This document shows, in pieces, positions 1-9,620 of a DNA stretch of 64,000 nt (position 1 is its first letter; every line of letters begins with the position of its first letter). The stretch covers positions 5,088,001 to 5,152,000 of the forward strand of contig CBDCJH010000002.1 in NCBI GenBank assembly GCA_965217775.1, in the 5' to 3' direction. The translations under genes were made by a program, and so were the position numbers. This DNA comes from Acidobacteriota bacterium (GTDB taxonomy: Bacteria; Acidobacteriota; UBA6911; RPQK01; JAJDTT01). The notes below the pieces were generated by a model. That model saw nothing but the letters and a program-made list of their open reading frames with translations, was not told the DNA's origin and did not search any database.

Positions 1-156
1 ATCGAGACGCCGGGCACACTCCAGGACGCGCGCGGGAGTGTCGGCCGTGGTGATCTCGTAACCCTCGGTCTTCAACAGGAGCCGGAGGGAATGGAGCACG
101 TCGGCCTGATCGTCGGCGATCAGAACACGGGGTTTCTTGGAACGGGTTGTTGGCAT
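1..156 (-). CDS. Response regulator receiver domain, N-terminal part; probably NtrC-type sigma-54 activator; runs off the window
   Basis: Manual translation MPTTRSKKPRVLIADDQADVLHSLRLLLKTEGYEITTA is a classic receiver N-terminus; follows the permease genes on the same strand. Confidence 0.8.
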   Translation of the reverse strand, partial: MPTTRSKKPRVLIADDQADVLHSLRLLLKTEGYEITTADTPARVLECARRLD

Positions 157-183
157 CGTCTTCGTTGTCAGGTCTGCGGGGAA

Positions 184-2733
184 TTATTCATGGCGCAACG
201 CTTCCATGGGTTCCAGCCTGGTGATTCTATAGGCTGGAATCCAGCAAGCCAGCAGCGAGGCCACTACGATCACCAAGGCGGGGACCAGGAAAATCACGGG
301 ACCGGACGGTTCCAACTCGGCAACGACGTTCCGAAGGATTCGAATCCCCGCCAGCGCCAGACCTGCCCCGATGAAAAGGCCGATAGCGACGACTACCAAG
401 GCCCTTCTCAATATCAGCCATACTGTGTCGTAGCGTCTTGCGCCCATAGCCAGTCGAACCGAGATTTCTCGTGTGCGGCGAGCGACCGAATGGGAGAGGA
501 CGCCGTAAAGTCCGACACATACCAGTATCAGCGCCAGAATGGCAAAGGCGGCTAACAGCAGGTTTAGCAACCGCCATTCGCCGATACGCGCCGCGATAGT
601 CGCGGACAAGGACTGTGGTCCAAAGGTCGGGAGATCGGGGTCCAATTCGCGCACGGTTTGGCGCATGGAGGCCACGGTTGCGGTAATCCCTCCTGGTTGA
701 GTTCGTGCCATGAGCGTAAAGTTTCCGACATATCCCTGAAGAATTGGGAAGTACACATGGGGAGAAGGGTTTTCACCGGGCATGCGAAAGTGGACCTCTC
801 CGGCGACTCCGATCACCACCCATTTGTTCGATCCGTGTGAGACCTGCTTCCCTATGGGATCGGCATCGGGCCAGAATCGCTCGGCCAACGTCTGGCTGAC
901 TATGATGACCGGCCGCGCGTCATGATCGTCTGTCCACTGAAAGTCGCGACCCCGGATCAAGGGAAGTCGAACGGTCTCGAAGTATCCGGGACAGATGGAA
1001 TTGACGTTAGCCATAACCGCATTGTCTTCATCTTTACGGATGGAACTTCGGACGCCGCTACTATCGGCAGGAACGAATTGCGCCAGACTTACGGAATTCA
1101 CTCCTGGAGCCGTCTCCGCGTGTCGTAGGAGTTGTCGCAGGAACAAGATTCCTTTGGTCTCGTTGTAACCCTGGTTGGCCACGTCAACCGATAATGTGAC
1201 CACGTTCGCGGGATCGAAGCCTGGATCCAGCGAAAGTCGATTCGCGAGCGAACGGAGGAACAGTCCCGCCACGACCAGCATTGTCAGCGACAATGCGACT
1301 TGCAGGGTGACCAGGCCATGACGCCAGCGTCCCGAACGTACGCGATTGTTCCACTCTGTCCCCTTCAGTGCCGGGAACAGATCAATTCGGCTGGCACGTA
1401 TCGCTGGAATCAAGCCGAAGAAAACGGCTGTCGCCGACGAGAGAGTCACAGTGAACAACAACATGCGGACATCCAGGAAACCGAGGCTCAGTCGAGAAAT
1501 GCTCAGGTAGCCAGCGGACCCATGTGGCAGCGGAATGGTACCCAGCAGGTCCAAGCACCAGAGGGCCACGAGAGTCGCGGCGACACCGCCGGCCAGAAAG
1601 AGCACGGTCGTCTCGATGAGGAGATAGTGGATCAGACGGTTACGGCTGGTTCCCACGGCCAAGCGGGTCGCCATCTCGAGCCTCCTGCTCCGCGCGCGCG
1701 AGAGGAGGAGGTTGGCGACGTTTGAGCACGCGATCACGAGAACGAATCCCGCGATCGCAGTCAGGAAGATCCAAACGTTCTGGAGCCGGGATCTCAGAGA
1801 CGGACGAACACGAGCAAAATGCCCCGGGGCCAATACGAGATTCTCCTCTTCCCACCTTCGGTTCAGGTGTTGTAGTTCGGATACGGGCCCAGCTAGTGTG
1901 GAGCGGGCGCCGTTCCAACTCATGTCCGGTTTGAGGCGTCCTACCAAGTTCAGCCAGTAGCTACGCGGATGCTCAAACCAATCCGCTGAGTCAAAAAGCC
2001 AACGCTTGGGCACAACCTGTGCTCGCATCATCAAGGGGACCCATACGTCTATTTGTCTCAGGGAAAGACCCTTGAAATGCTCCGGCAGGACTCCCACCAA
2101 GGTGAAGGGGCGGCCATTCAATCTTGCGGTCCTCCCCACCACGTCCGGATTCGATTGAAATTGATCGCGCCAAACCCGAGCGCTGATCATCGCCACCGGG
2201 TGGCGCCCAGGAACCTGCCCCTCCTCCGGAAGGAAGCCTCGACCGACGATGGGTTCAATGCCGAGGACATCCGTGTAGTTGGACGACGCCATTTCGCCCG
2301 CTAGCCGTTCCGTGAACCCATCGGCGCTCAGATGGGGCGTGAACCCGGCATAGGCAACCAGGCCGGAGAAAGCTTGGTTTGCTCGCCGGATTAGAAGATA
2401 TTCAGGGAAAGAAAACCCGCTTCCATACGAATCTTCGCTGGACCCGCGGTAGACAGCCGCGATCCGATGGGGATCTGCAACCGGGAGCGGCCGCAATATG
2501 GCAGCGTCGAACAATGTGTAGACAGCCGTATTCACCCCGATGCCGAGAGCCAGAGTCATGATGGCTACAATCGTGAAACCAGGATTCCTGGTCAGCGTCC
2601 GAAACGAGAGCCTGACGTCTCTGACGGTGTCCTCCAGGTAGAGAAGCAGACTTCGTCCTGGTTCCTTTCCTTGCAAAGGGTGATCTATGGGCGAGGTCGG
2701 TTGTGGTGGTCCATTCATGGCTTGGTCAGCCAA
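184..2733 (-). CDS. ABC permease, MacB/FtsX duplicated (ADOP-type)
   Basis: 849 aa; TLALGIGVNTA, IACSNVANLLL, REISVRLAMGA; ends EPMEALRHE. Confidence 0.93.
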   Translation of the reverse strand: MADQAMNGPPQPTSPIDHPLQGKEPGRSLLLYLEDTVRDVRLSFRTLTRNPGFTIVAIMTLALGIGVNTAVYTLFDAAILRPLPVADPHRIAAVYRGSSEDSYGSGFSFPEYLLIRRANQAFSGLVAYAGFTPHLSADGFTERLAGEMASSNYTDVLGIEPIVGRGFLPEEGQVPGRHPVAMISARVWRDQFQSNPDVVGRTARLNGRPFTLVGVLPEHFKGLSLRQIDVWVPLMMRAQVVPKRWLFDSADWFEHPRSYWLNLVGRLKPDMSWNGARSTLAGPVSELQHLNRRWEEENLVLAPGHFARVRPSLRSRLQNVWIFLTAIAGFVLVIACSNVANLLLSRARSRRLEMATRLAVGTSRNRLIHYLLIETTVLFLAGGVAATLVALWCLDLLGTIPLPHGSAGYLSISRLSLGFLDVRMLLFTVTLSSATAVFFGLIPAIRASRIDLFPALKGTEWNNRVRSGRWRHGLVTLQVALSLTMLVVAGLFLRSLANRLSLDPGFDPANVVTLSVDVANQGYNETKGILFLRQLLRHAETAPGVNSVSLAQFVPADSSGVRSSIRKDEDNAVMANVNSICPGYFETVRLPLIRGRDFQWTDDHDARPVIIVSQTLAERFWPDADPIGKQVSHGSNKWVVIGVAGEVHFRMPGENPSPHVYFPILQGYVGNFTLMARTQPGGITATVASMRQTVRELDPDLPTFGPQSLSATIAARIGEWRLLNLLLAAFAILALILVCVGLYGVLSHSVARRTREISVRLAMGARRYDTVWLILRRALVVVAIGLFIGAGLALAGIRILRNVVAELEPSGPVIFLVPALVIVVASLLACWIPAYRITRLEPMEALRHE

Positions 2734-2745
2734 ATCCGCACACGA

Positions 2746-5205
2746 TCATTCATGGCGCAACGCTTCCATGGGTTCCAGCCGGGTGATTCGGTAGGCGGGG
2801 ACCCACGACGCCAGCAGGGATGCTGCCAAAACCACCAAGGCGGCGACCAGATACGTTACCGGATCGCCCAACTCCGACTCGGAAAGAAAACTGCGCATCA
2901 GTTGACTCAAGCCCAACGCCAAACCAATGCCAATGACGAGACCGATGGCCACCAACAGCAGAGCTCGTCTAAGGATCAGCCAGACTGTGTGGTTGCGTCG
3001 TGCTCCCATTGCCAGCCGAACCGCGATCTCGCGGGTCCGTCGAAAGACCGAGAAGGAGAGGACACCATACAGTCCAACCGAGGCCAGGATGAGCGCCAAG
3101 ACGCCAAAAGCCCCCAGCAGGAAGTTCAAGAACAGCCATGGAGCAAGGCTTTCTGCAATCGCGTCCTCCAAGGACGTCGGACCGAAGGTCGGCAGATCGG
3201 CGTCCAATTCGCGCACGGCCCGTCGCATCGTCGGAACCGTGGCTGCAGCCGGTTGTCGAGATCGAACCATGAGGGTGAACGTTCCCTGATATCGTTGGAG
3301 TAACGAAAAATAAACTTGTGGATTTTGGCCGCCGCCGAGTCGGCGCTGCCGGATTTCCCCTGCGACTCCAACCACTTCCCAGCTACCCGATCCGGTAGAG
3401 AATTGTTTTCCGATGGGATCGGCATTAGGCCATAATTGTTCGGCCATTGGCTGACTGACAATAGACACCTGCCGGGAGTGCTGGTCGTCTGTCCAGCGAA
3501 AGTCACGACCCTGGATCACCGGGATACGAACCGTCTCGAAGTATCCTGGGCCAACAGAATTCGTTTCGACCTGAACCCGTTCCTCATTGTTGGTACGGGC
3601 GGAAGCTCCTGAGTAGCTATTGGCCGCAGGGGGGAATCGCGCCAGACTGGCGGAGTCCACTCCCGGCGCATTCTCGACCCGTCGCAGAAGTTGTCGTAGG
3701 AACAGGGCTCCTCGAGTTTCGTCGTACCCCTGGGTGGCGACGTCAACGGACAGTGTGCTTACATTCGCCGGCTCGAACCCCGGGTCCCGAGCGAGTCGAT
3801 CACCGAGAGTACGGATGGAGAGCCCGGCCGTGACCAGCAGTGTAAAGGACAAGGCCACTTGAACCATGACCAGAATGTGGCGCCAGCGGCCCGACCGGAA
3901 TCGACCGGACGGCTCTGTGGTCCTGAGTTCCGAAAACAGATCGATTCGGCTGGCCTGCGCCGCTGGAGCGAGACCAAATATGATGGCCGTCGTCGCTGAG
4001 AGGAACAGGGTGAACAACAGTGTTCGGCTGTCCGGTAACAGCATGCCGAGGTTCGTTGCATCCGTCACCCGGATGAGGTGGCTGGGGAGGGAGAGTACAC
4101 CGGTCATTGCCATAAACCAGGGTGCCACCAGGACAGCGGCGGCGCCTCCGGCCAGAAAGAGCACGGTGGTCTCGGTGAGAAGGTAGCGCACCAAGCTTCG
4201 CCGGCTGGCTCCCGAAGCCAGACGAATGGCCATCTCAAGCCTTCTTCCCCTGGCATGGGAGAGGAGGAGACTGGCGACGTTGGTGCAAGCGATGAAGAGC
4301 ACGGAGCCCATGATCGCAACCAGGATGATCCAGAAGCTCCGGATTTCGGATTGCTCGTTTTCGCCCCTCGTTCCCCGGTGTCCTGGGGCCAAACGCAGGA
4401 CTTGATTCTTCCACCCGGAATCTTCGAGTTCCAGTTGGGAAACAACGGCAGCCAGACTGGATTGGGCGCTTTCCAGATTGATTTCGGGTTTGAGACGTCC
4501 GATTATTCTCAACCAACTGTAGTCGACATTGTCGATACGATTCGGCGGCAACACTTGGGGCTGCATCATCATGGGCACCCACACGTCTTGCCCCCCGAAG
4601 ATTCCTTTGAAATGCGCGGGCATGACTCCCACCAGAGTGAAGGGATGACCGTTCACTTTTGCAGTTTTTCCAACAATATCCCGACTGCCGTGAAACCGCT
4701 CTCGCCAGAGGCGATCACTGATCATAGCCACCGCATGTTGCCCGGGGGCGTTTCCCTCCTGAGGTAGAAAGCCCCTTCCGATGCCCGGTTCTATCCCCAG
4801 GACCTCCATGTAGTTGGCCGACACGATTTCTCCGTCAAGCCTTTCCGTGAATCCATCGGCACTGAGGTGGACTGAGAATAGGCATTGGGCGATCAAACCT
4901 GAGAAAGGACGGCTGGCGGCCCTGATCTTGAGATAGACAGGAAACGAGAACCCTTGGTTGTTGCTATTTTCACGGCCTCGAATGACAGAACCTAGGCTTA
5001 CGATCTGGTGGGGATCTGGCACCGGCAGCGGCCGATATAATAGGGTGTCGACCAGAGTGAAGACTGCCGTATTCACTCCGATCCCAAGAGCAAGGGTCAC
5101 GATGACAATGACCGTGAACCCGGGATTCCTGGCAAACGTCCGGAAGGATAGCTTGAGGTCTCGTAGGGTGTTTTCCAAGGAGAGAATCAGACCGCGCGTC
5201 GGCAT
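2746..5205 (-). CDS. ABC permease, MacB/FtsX duplicated (ADOP-type), paralog
   Basis: Same motifs and C-terminus as the neighbour; start moved to ATG 5205 (MPTRGL) to avoid overlap with the ATPase gene. Confidence 0.92.
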   Translation of the reverse strand: MPTRGLILSLENTLRDLKLSFRTFARNPGFTVIVIVTLALGIGVNTAVFTLVDTLLYRPLPVPDPHQIVSLGSVIRGRENSNNQGFSFPVYLKIRAASRPFSGLIAQCLFSVHLSADGFTERLDGEIVSANYMEVLGIEPGIGRGFLPQEGNAPGQHAVAMISDRLWRERFHGSRDIVGKTAKVNGHPFTLVGVMPAHFKGIFGGQDVWVPMMMQPQVLPPNRIDNVDYSWLRIIGRLKPEINLESAQSSLAAVVSQLELEDSGWKNQVLRLAPGHRGTRGENEQSEIRSFWIILVAIMGSVLFIACTNVASLLLSHARGRRLEMAIRLASGASRRSLVRYLLTETTVLFLAGGAAAVLVAPWFMAMTGVLSLPSHLIRVTDATNLGMLLPDSRTLLFTLFLSATTAIIFGLAPAAQASRIDLFSELRTTEPSGRFRSGRWRHILVMVQVALSFTLLVTAGLSIRTLGDRLARDPGFEPANVSTLSVDVATQGYDETRGALFLRQLLRRVENAPGVDSASLARFPPAANSYSGASARTNNEERVQVETNSVGPGYFETVRIPVIQGRDFRWTDDQHSRQVSIVSQPMAEQLWPNADPIGKQFSTGSGSWEVVGVAGEIRQRRLGGGQNPQVYFSLLQRYQGTFTLMVRSRQPAAATVPTMRRAVRELDADLPTFGPTSLEDAIAESLAPWLFLNFLLGAFGVLALILASVGLYGVLSFSVFRRTREIAVRLAMGARRNHTVWLILRRALLLVAIGLVIGIGLALGLSQLMRSFLSESELGDPVTYLVAALVVLAASLLASWVPAYRITRLEPMEALRHE

Positions 5206-5212
5206 GTTCGTT

Positions 5213-5911
5213 CTACGCCGCCTCGTCCTCGTCGACGATCTGACCATCGAAGAGATGCACGGTCCGCTCGGCATGTTCGGAATAGCGGGGATCGTGAGTG
5301 ACGATGCAAATCGTGGCACCTTCCCGATGCAGTTCGTCCAGAAGCTCCATGACGGCGCTTCTGTTCCTGGAGTCCAGGTTCCCGGTGGGCTCGTCCGCCA
5401 ACAGGATCGCGGGTCTTCCCACCAGAGCCCGCGCCACCGCGACGCGCTGCTGTTGGCCTCCTGAGAGCTGGGAGGGGTAGTGGTTCATCCGGTGGGACAT
5501 GCCGACCCGTTCCAGGGACTCCTCCACTCGCCGGCGCCTCTCGGCCCGTTTCAGATTGCGATAGGTCAGAGGCAGCTCCACGTTCTCGAAGACCCGTAGG
5601 TCGCCGATAAGGTTGAAATTCTGGAAGACGAAGCCGATCTCCCGGTTTCTCAGGTGAGTCCGTTGGGCGAAGGTGAGTCCCGCCACCGGGTGGCCATGAA
5701 GGTAATATTCTCCCGCGGTGGGAGCGTCCAGCAGTCCCATGATGGAGAGCAAAGTGGACTTGCCGCAGCCGGAGGGGCCGGCTATGGAGACGTACTCACC
5801 CTTTCTCACTCCCAGGTGAACCCCGGACAGGGCATGGGTTTCCACCTCCTCCGTCAGGAAGATCTTGGTGATCCCGTTCATCCGAATCAGCCATTCTCCG
5901 TTTCCATCCAT
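5213..5911 (-). CDS. ABC transporter ATP-binding protein (LolD/MacB-like)
   Basis: Walker A GPSGCGKS, signature LSGGQQQRV, Walker B LLADEPTG, VTHD. Confidence 0.96.
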   Translation of the reverse strand: MDGNGEWLIRMNGITKIFLTEEVETHALSGVHLGVRKGEYVSIAGPSGCGKSTLLSIMGLLDAPTAGEYYLHGHPVAGLTFAQRTHLRNREIGFVFQNFNLIGDLRVFENVELPLTYRNLKRAERRRRVEESLERVGMSHRMNHYPSQLSGGQQQRVAVARALVGRPAILLADEPTGNLDSRNRSAVMELLDELHREGATICIVTHDPRYSEHAERTVHLFDGQIVDEDEAA

Positions 5912-5941
5912 CGATTCTTCTCCTTGGTCTGATCTTTGCGT

Positions 5942-7195
5942 CTACTCCAGGCGAATCCGGTCATGATCCTTCCATTGCGCCATGTCGGAGAGCACCACCT
6001 CATCTCCCACGTCCAGGCCCTCCAGAATCTGGATCTCGCTGACCGAACTGGCCCCCAAGCCAACCCGGACCCGCTGGGCGTGAATCCCGTCCGACTCGAC
6101 CCGAAAGAGGCTGGCCGAGCCGTCCTCCTGGCTGAAACCGGGACGCGGCATGTAGAGGACGTCTTCCAGATGCTCCAGCTCCACGGTTCCGTCCACGCTC
6201 AGGTCGGGGCGCGCCCCCCGGGGCAGGTCCCCCTCCAACGCCACGTCCACGGTCACCAGCCCCTCCTTCACGGCCGGGTCGATCCGCGAAACGCGTCCCG
6301 GGACGACGCCGTTGCGGGTGTCGATCTCCGCCTTCTGACCCACCTCCAAATCGCGGGCTTGGGTCGCCGCCACCTCGATCTCCGCCTTGAGCCGGCGGGG
6401 TTCGGCGATGCGGACCAGATTCGTGCCCGGAGTGACCTGCTGTCCCACTTCCACCTCCACCTGCTGCAGGACTCCGGGGATCCCGGCCCGCACCCCCAAA
6501 GACTCCAACTGGCTCCGCCGCAGGCCATGAAGCAGGCGCCGCTGCTCGACCTCGGCCTGCTTGGCCTCCAATTGTGCCTCCAGCGATTTTGAAAAGATTT
6601 CCGTTCTCCTCTTTTCCAGCAGACGTTGAGTCTCAAGGGCCTTGGCTCTGCTCCGGCTGATCTTGGTATCCATCTCCGAAACCAGTCCTTCCCGGAGGAG
6701 CGCGGCGTCCGCCTCCGCTCTCAGAGTTGCCTCCAGATAATCTGACTCGACCCGCGCGGCGGCGGCTTGGCGTTGCATCTTCTCGCTTTCCAACTGGACC
6801 CGGAGATGCGCCATTTCCGCTTCGGCGCGTTTCAACTGGCTCTCCGCGTCCAGAGCCTGCTGCTCCAGCTCCGGGTTGCTCAATTCGAGAATAACGGTCT
6901 CGGGAGTGACCCGTTCGCCCGGTTGGATCAGTACTCGCTCGACGCGGCCTTGGGTGGCGGCGGGATTCCAGCGAATGACCTCGGGGGTCAGCTTGCCCAG
7001 ACCGCGGACGCGCCGGGTGAGGTTGCCCTGATTGACCTCCCCCATCCAAAGAGTGGACCGGTCGACCCGGGGCGCCGCCGGCTCCAGGCGGGAAAGGCCC
7101 GCGCTGATGGCGGCGATGGAGGCGATTGCCGTCAGCAAGTAGAGGATGTGTCTGATTCTGCGGCGGCGGGCTGCGAAGGGTCTTGGGATGTCCAT
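5942..7195 (-). CDS. Efflux periplasmic adaptor (HlyD/MFP family)
   Basis: N-terminal TM segment, lipoyl-like halves flanking a coiled coil, ILEGLDVGDEVV C-terminus; operon context. Confidence 0.92.
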   Translation of the reverse strand: MDIPRPFAARRRRIRHILYLLTAIASIAAISAGLSRLEPAAPRVDRSTLWMGEVNQGNLTRRVRGLGKLTPEVIRWNPAATQGRVERVLIQPGERVTPETVILELSNPELEQQALDAESQLKRAEAEMAHLRVQLESEKMQRQAAAARVESDYLEATLRAEADAALLREGLVSEMDTKISRSRAKALETQRLLEKRRTEIFSKSLEAQLEAKQAEVEQRRLLHGLRRSQLESLGVRAGIPGVLQQVEVEVGQQVTPGTNLVRIAEPRRLKAEIEVAATQARDLEVGQKAEIDTRNGVVPGRVSRIDPAVKEGLVTVDVALEGDLPRGARPDLSVDGTVELEHLEDVLYMPRPGFSQEDGSASLFRVESDGIHAQRVRVGLGASSVSEIQILEGLDVGDEVVLSDMAQWKDHDRIRLE

Positions 7196-7207
7196 GCTGA
7201 ACCTCTA

Positions 7208-7224
7208 AGCAATCAGCGTGCCAA
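7208..7224 (-). promoter_or_regulatory. Sigma-54 -24/-12 promoter for the adaptor-ABC operon
   Basis: Minus strand TTGGCACGCTGATTGCT matches TGGCAC-N5-TTGC. Confidence 0.85.
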
Positions 7225-7314
7225 GGTGAGGGCAAGAATCAAATGCATGTAATTCAACGACTTATACGAAAATGGACATAGTAGTCCGGGACACCGAGTG
7301 TCCAGTTCCGGGAT

Positions 7315-7338
7315 CAGGTGTCCGGAAACGGACACCTG
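7315..7338. promoter_or_regulatory. Palindromic upstream activator site GTGTCCG-N4-CGGACAC
   Basis: caggtgtccg-gaaa-cggacacctg about 100 bp upstream of the sigma-54 site; weaker copies adjacent; same motif at 9597. Confidence 0.7.
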
Positions 7339-7374
7339 GATCGCCATGGCCTTCAGCCGACGTGCTTCGATCCG

Positions 7375-7515
7375 GCCCTTGGAAGAACGGGAGGCGGGGT
7401 TGCGCCCCGGTAAGCCGATCAAGCACAAGAAACAGATCAGCTTTGCGGACCATGAGTCGCGGATCATGAAGCACAAAGGGGATTCCGAGTATGTATACAA
7501 CGTGCAGATCAGTAC
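7375..7515 (+). pseudogene. Transposase fragment (IS1182/IS5-like)
   Basis: Translates to KQISFADHESRIMKHKGDSEYVYNVQIS, resembling the S-x-T-D-P-E-S-R-x-M...Y-N-x-Q region of these DDE enzymes. Confidence 0.6.
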
Positions 7516-7576
7516 AGCCCGGATGCATCAGGACCGACGGGAGATGGCGCTGCTCAACCACCAGGGAGCCTCCCAT

Positions 7577-9475
7577 CTAATCGCGGCGGGCCATCACGAT
7601 GTCGTTGCTGTCGACGATGGTGTACATGGCCTTCTCCAGGTCGGTCACGGCCTGTTGATAGTCCACCCGCGCCCTCAGCTCCTGCACCTGCGCCTGGCTC
7701 AGGTCCCTCTGATACCGGAGCACTTCGAAGTTGGTGGACAGGCCGGCTTGGAATCGCTTGTTCTCGCCCTCTAACTGAGCCTCCGAGAGCTGGCGCGCAA
7801 CTCCGGCTGCTTCCAGGCGCTTTCTCTGGGTGGCGATGCTCTCGTAGGCATTGCGGACTTCCACGATGATCATCTGCTGCTGGTTCTTGAGCTGACTGGC
7901 GAGCCGGCGCTGCCGGATCAGGATTCTCGCTCTTTCGGCCTCGTTGCCCCGGTTCCTCAGCGGGATCTCCACGCTGACGCCGAGAGTGTAGTTGATGTAG
8001 TCGAACCCGAAGACTTGACCCCACGAATTTCCGAAGCCGCCGAAAAACGGACTCGACGGCTGAGGCACGTTCTGCAAACGGGTGTCGGGGACGCCGTCTC
8101 CGTCGGAATCCACGAACTCGCTCCCGAAGATCTCTCCGGCCCGCCCCGTATTGGCCAGGTTCGCCACCAGGTCTACGGTGGGCCTGCCGTCCCGCCGGTA
8201 ATACTCCTGGTCCACCTCGACCTGTTCCCGGAGCAGCCGGTTCTGTTCCAGCTCGGGACGCCTCTCCATGGCCCTGGCGATGGCCTCGTCCAGGGTGATG
8301 GCCAGATCCTGCACCCGGGGAAGCTGAGTCGGGATCAGGGTCAGGTTCCAGATTGGCGCCGTCGGGTCCGGCGCCAGATGATGCTTGAGTCCGTTCTGGG
8401 CGGTGATGATCTGAACCTCCGACTGGATCATCTCCTGCTCGCGTGTGGCCACCTCGGCCCGGGAGGCGGTGATCTCGATGGGCGCCATGACGCCGATCCG
8501 GACCCGTTTCCGGTTGTTCTCATGCTGGATGATGGCCAGCTCCATGGACTTGCGAATGGCCTCGTAGCTCTCAATGGCGAACACTAGGAGTCTGCGCCGT
8601 AGAAATTGATCTACTACGAAAGCGGTGAATCGGTCCATATTTCCTCGATTTCTCGGCGAATAGAACGACTATGCACCTCAAAATCGAGAAAATCTGGCCT
8701 CGATTCCCCACTTTCTCGCTACGATCATTCCTGCGGCGCAGACTCCTAGCTCCCAGTACTGGTTCTGGACCTGTTGGACGATCTCCGACACCTTCTGTTG
8801 AAACTGGCTTTCGCTGATCTCGATATCCAGGTTGTAGAGCTTGAGCTGACGCCTGGTGAAAGTCTCGCGGAATCCCCTCCACAGCGGCTGGCGCAGCGAG
8901 ACGGCGAAGTTGGATCCGAAAGAGGGATTCATGAAGGAGAAGGTGCTGTTGGTGCTGAAGCGGTTGTTGTTGAAGTTCAAGGTGAGGCTGCTTCCGTTGG
9001 GCAGATTCTGCACCAGCGACGTGTCGAAGTAGATTCGGTCCGTCGTGTTCACCGGAATTCCCTGTCCCGCGTCCAGGATCGACCGGGCCGGATTCTCGGT
9101 GGCCGCCCAGCCCACCTCGAACCGGAGCCTGGGATCGTAGAAGCCCCTGGTCCCGAAGATCCACTGGCGGTTCAGATCCTCGTTGTAGTCCTCGATGGCG
9201 ATCTCCAGGTTGTTGGTCAACGCCAGACGGATGGCGTCCTTGACGCTCAACTCCCGCACCGGCCTCTCCCGGCGCATCCGATCCGCCCATGACTCGGGCC
9301 GATCGATCGCCGGCATTTCTGACTGGGCCTGATCAGAGGCCGTTTTCTCTTGCGGGACGGCCCACAAGAAAGGCACGGTCAACACGAGAAAAATCGGAAG
9401 GGCGATCCCCGCAAGCAGACCTCGGGTGCGTCTGATTCTGCGTCGGGGAACGGCGAACGGTCTTGGGATGTTCAT
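7577..9475 (-). pseudogene. TolC-family outer-membrane efflux protein split by a 158-bp MITE
   Basis: The two ORFs (8678-9475 and 7577-8638) are in the same frame; removing the insert and one CTAG restores ...QNQYWELVFAIESYE... Confidence 0.88.
8588..8745. mobile_element. MITE family A, 158 bp, 12-bp TIR GAGTCTGCGCCG, CTAG target duplication
   Basis: ctag|gagtctgcgccg ... cggcgcagactc|ctag inside the TolC gene. Confidence 0.88.
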
Positions 9476-9488
9476 GCGGAACATCCCA

Positions 9489-9505
9489 AGCAATTGGAGT
9501 GCCAA
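9489..9505 (-). promoter_or_regulatory. Sigma-54 -24/-12 promoter for the TolC gene
   Basis: Minus strand TTGGCACTCCAATTGCT. Confidence 0.85.
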
Positions 9506-9596
9506 GGTGGGACGAGATCTATATCTCGTTTCAAGTCAGTAGGTTACGGAACTCCAGTACGACCGGACACACGATCCAACTGTCCGTTTCCGGGAC

Positions 9597-9620
9597 AAAG
9601 TGTCCGCTAGCGGACACTTT
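9597..9620. promoter_or_regulatory. Perfect 24-bp palindromic activator site
   Basis: aaagtgtccgctagcggacacttt; second site tgtccgtttccgggaca at 9581-9597. Confidence 0.7.
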
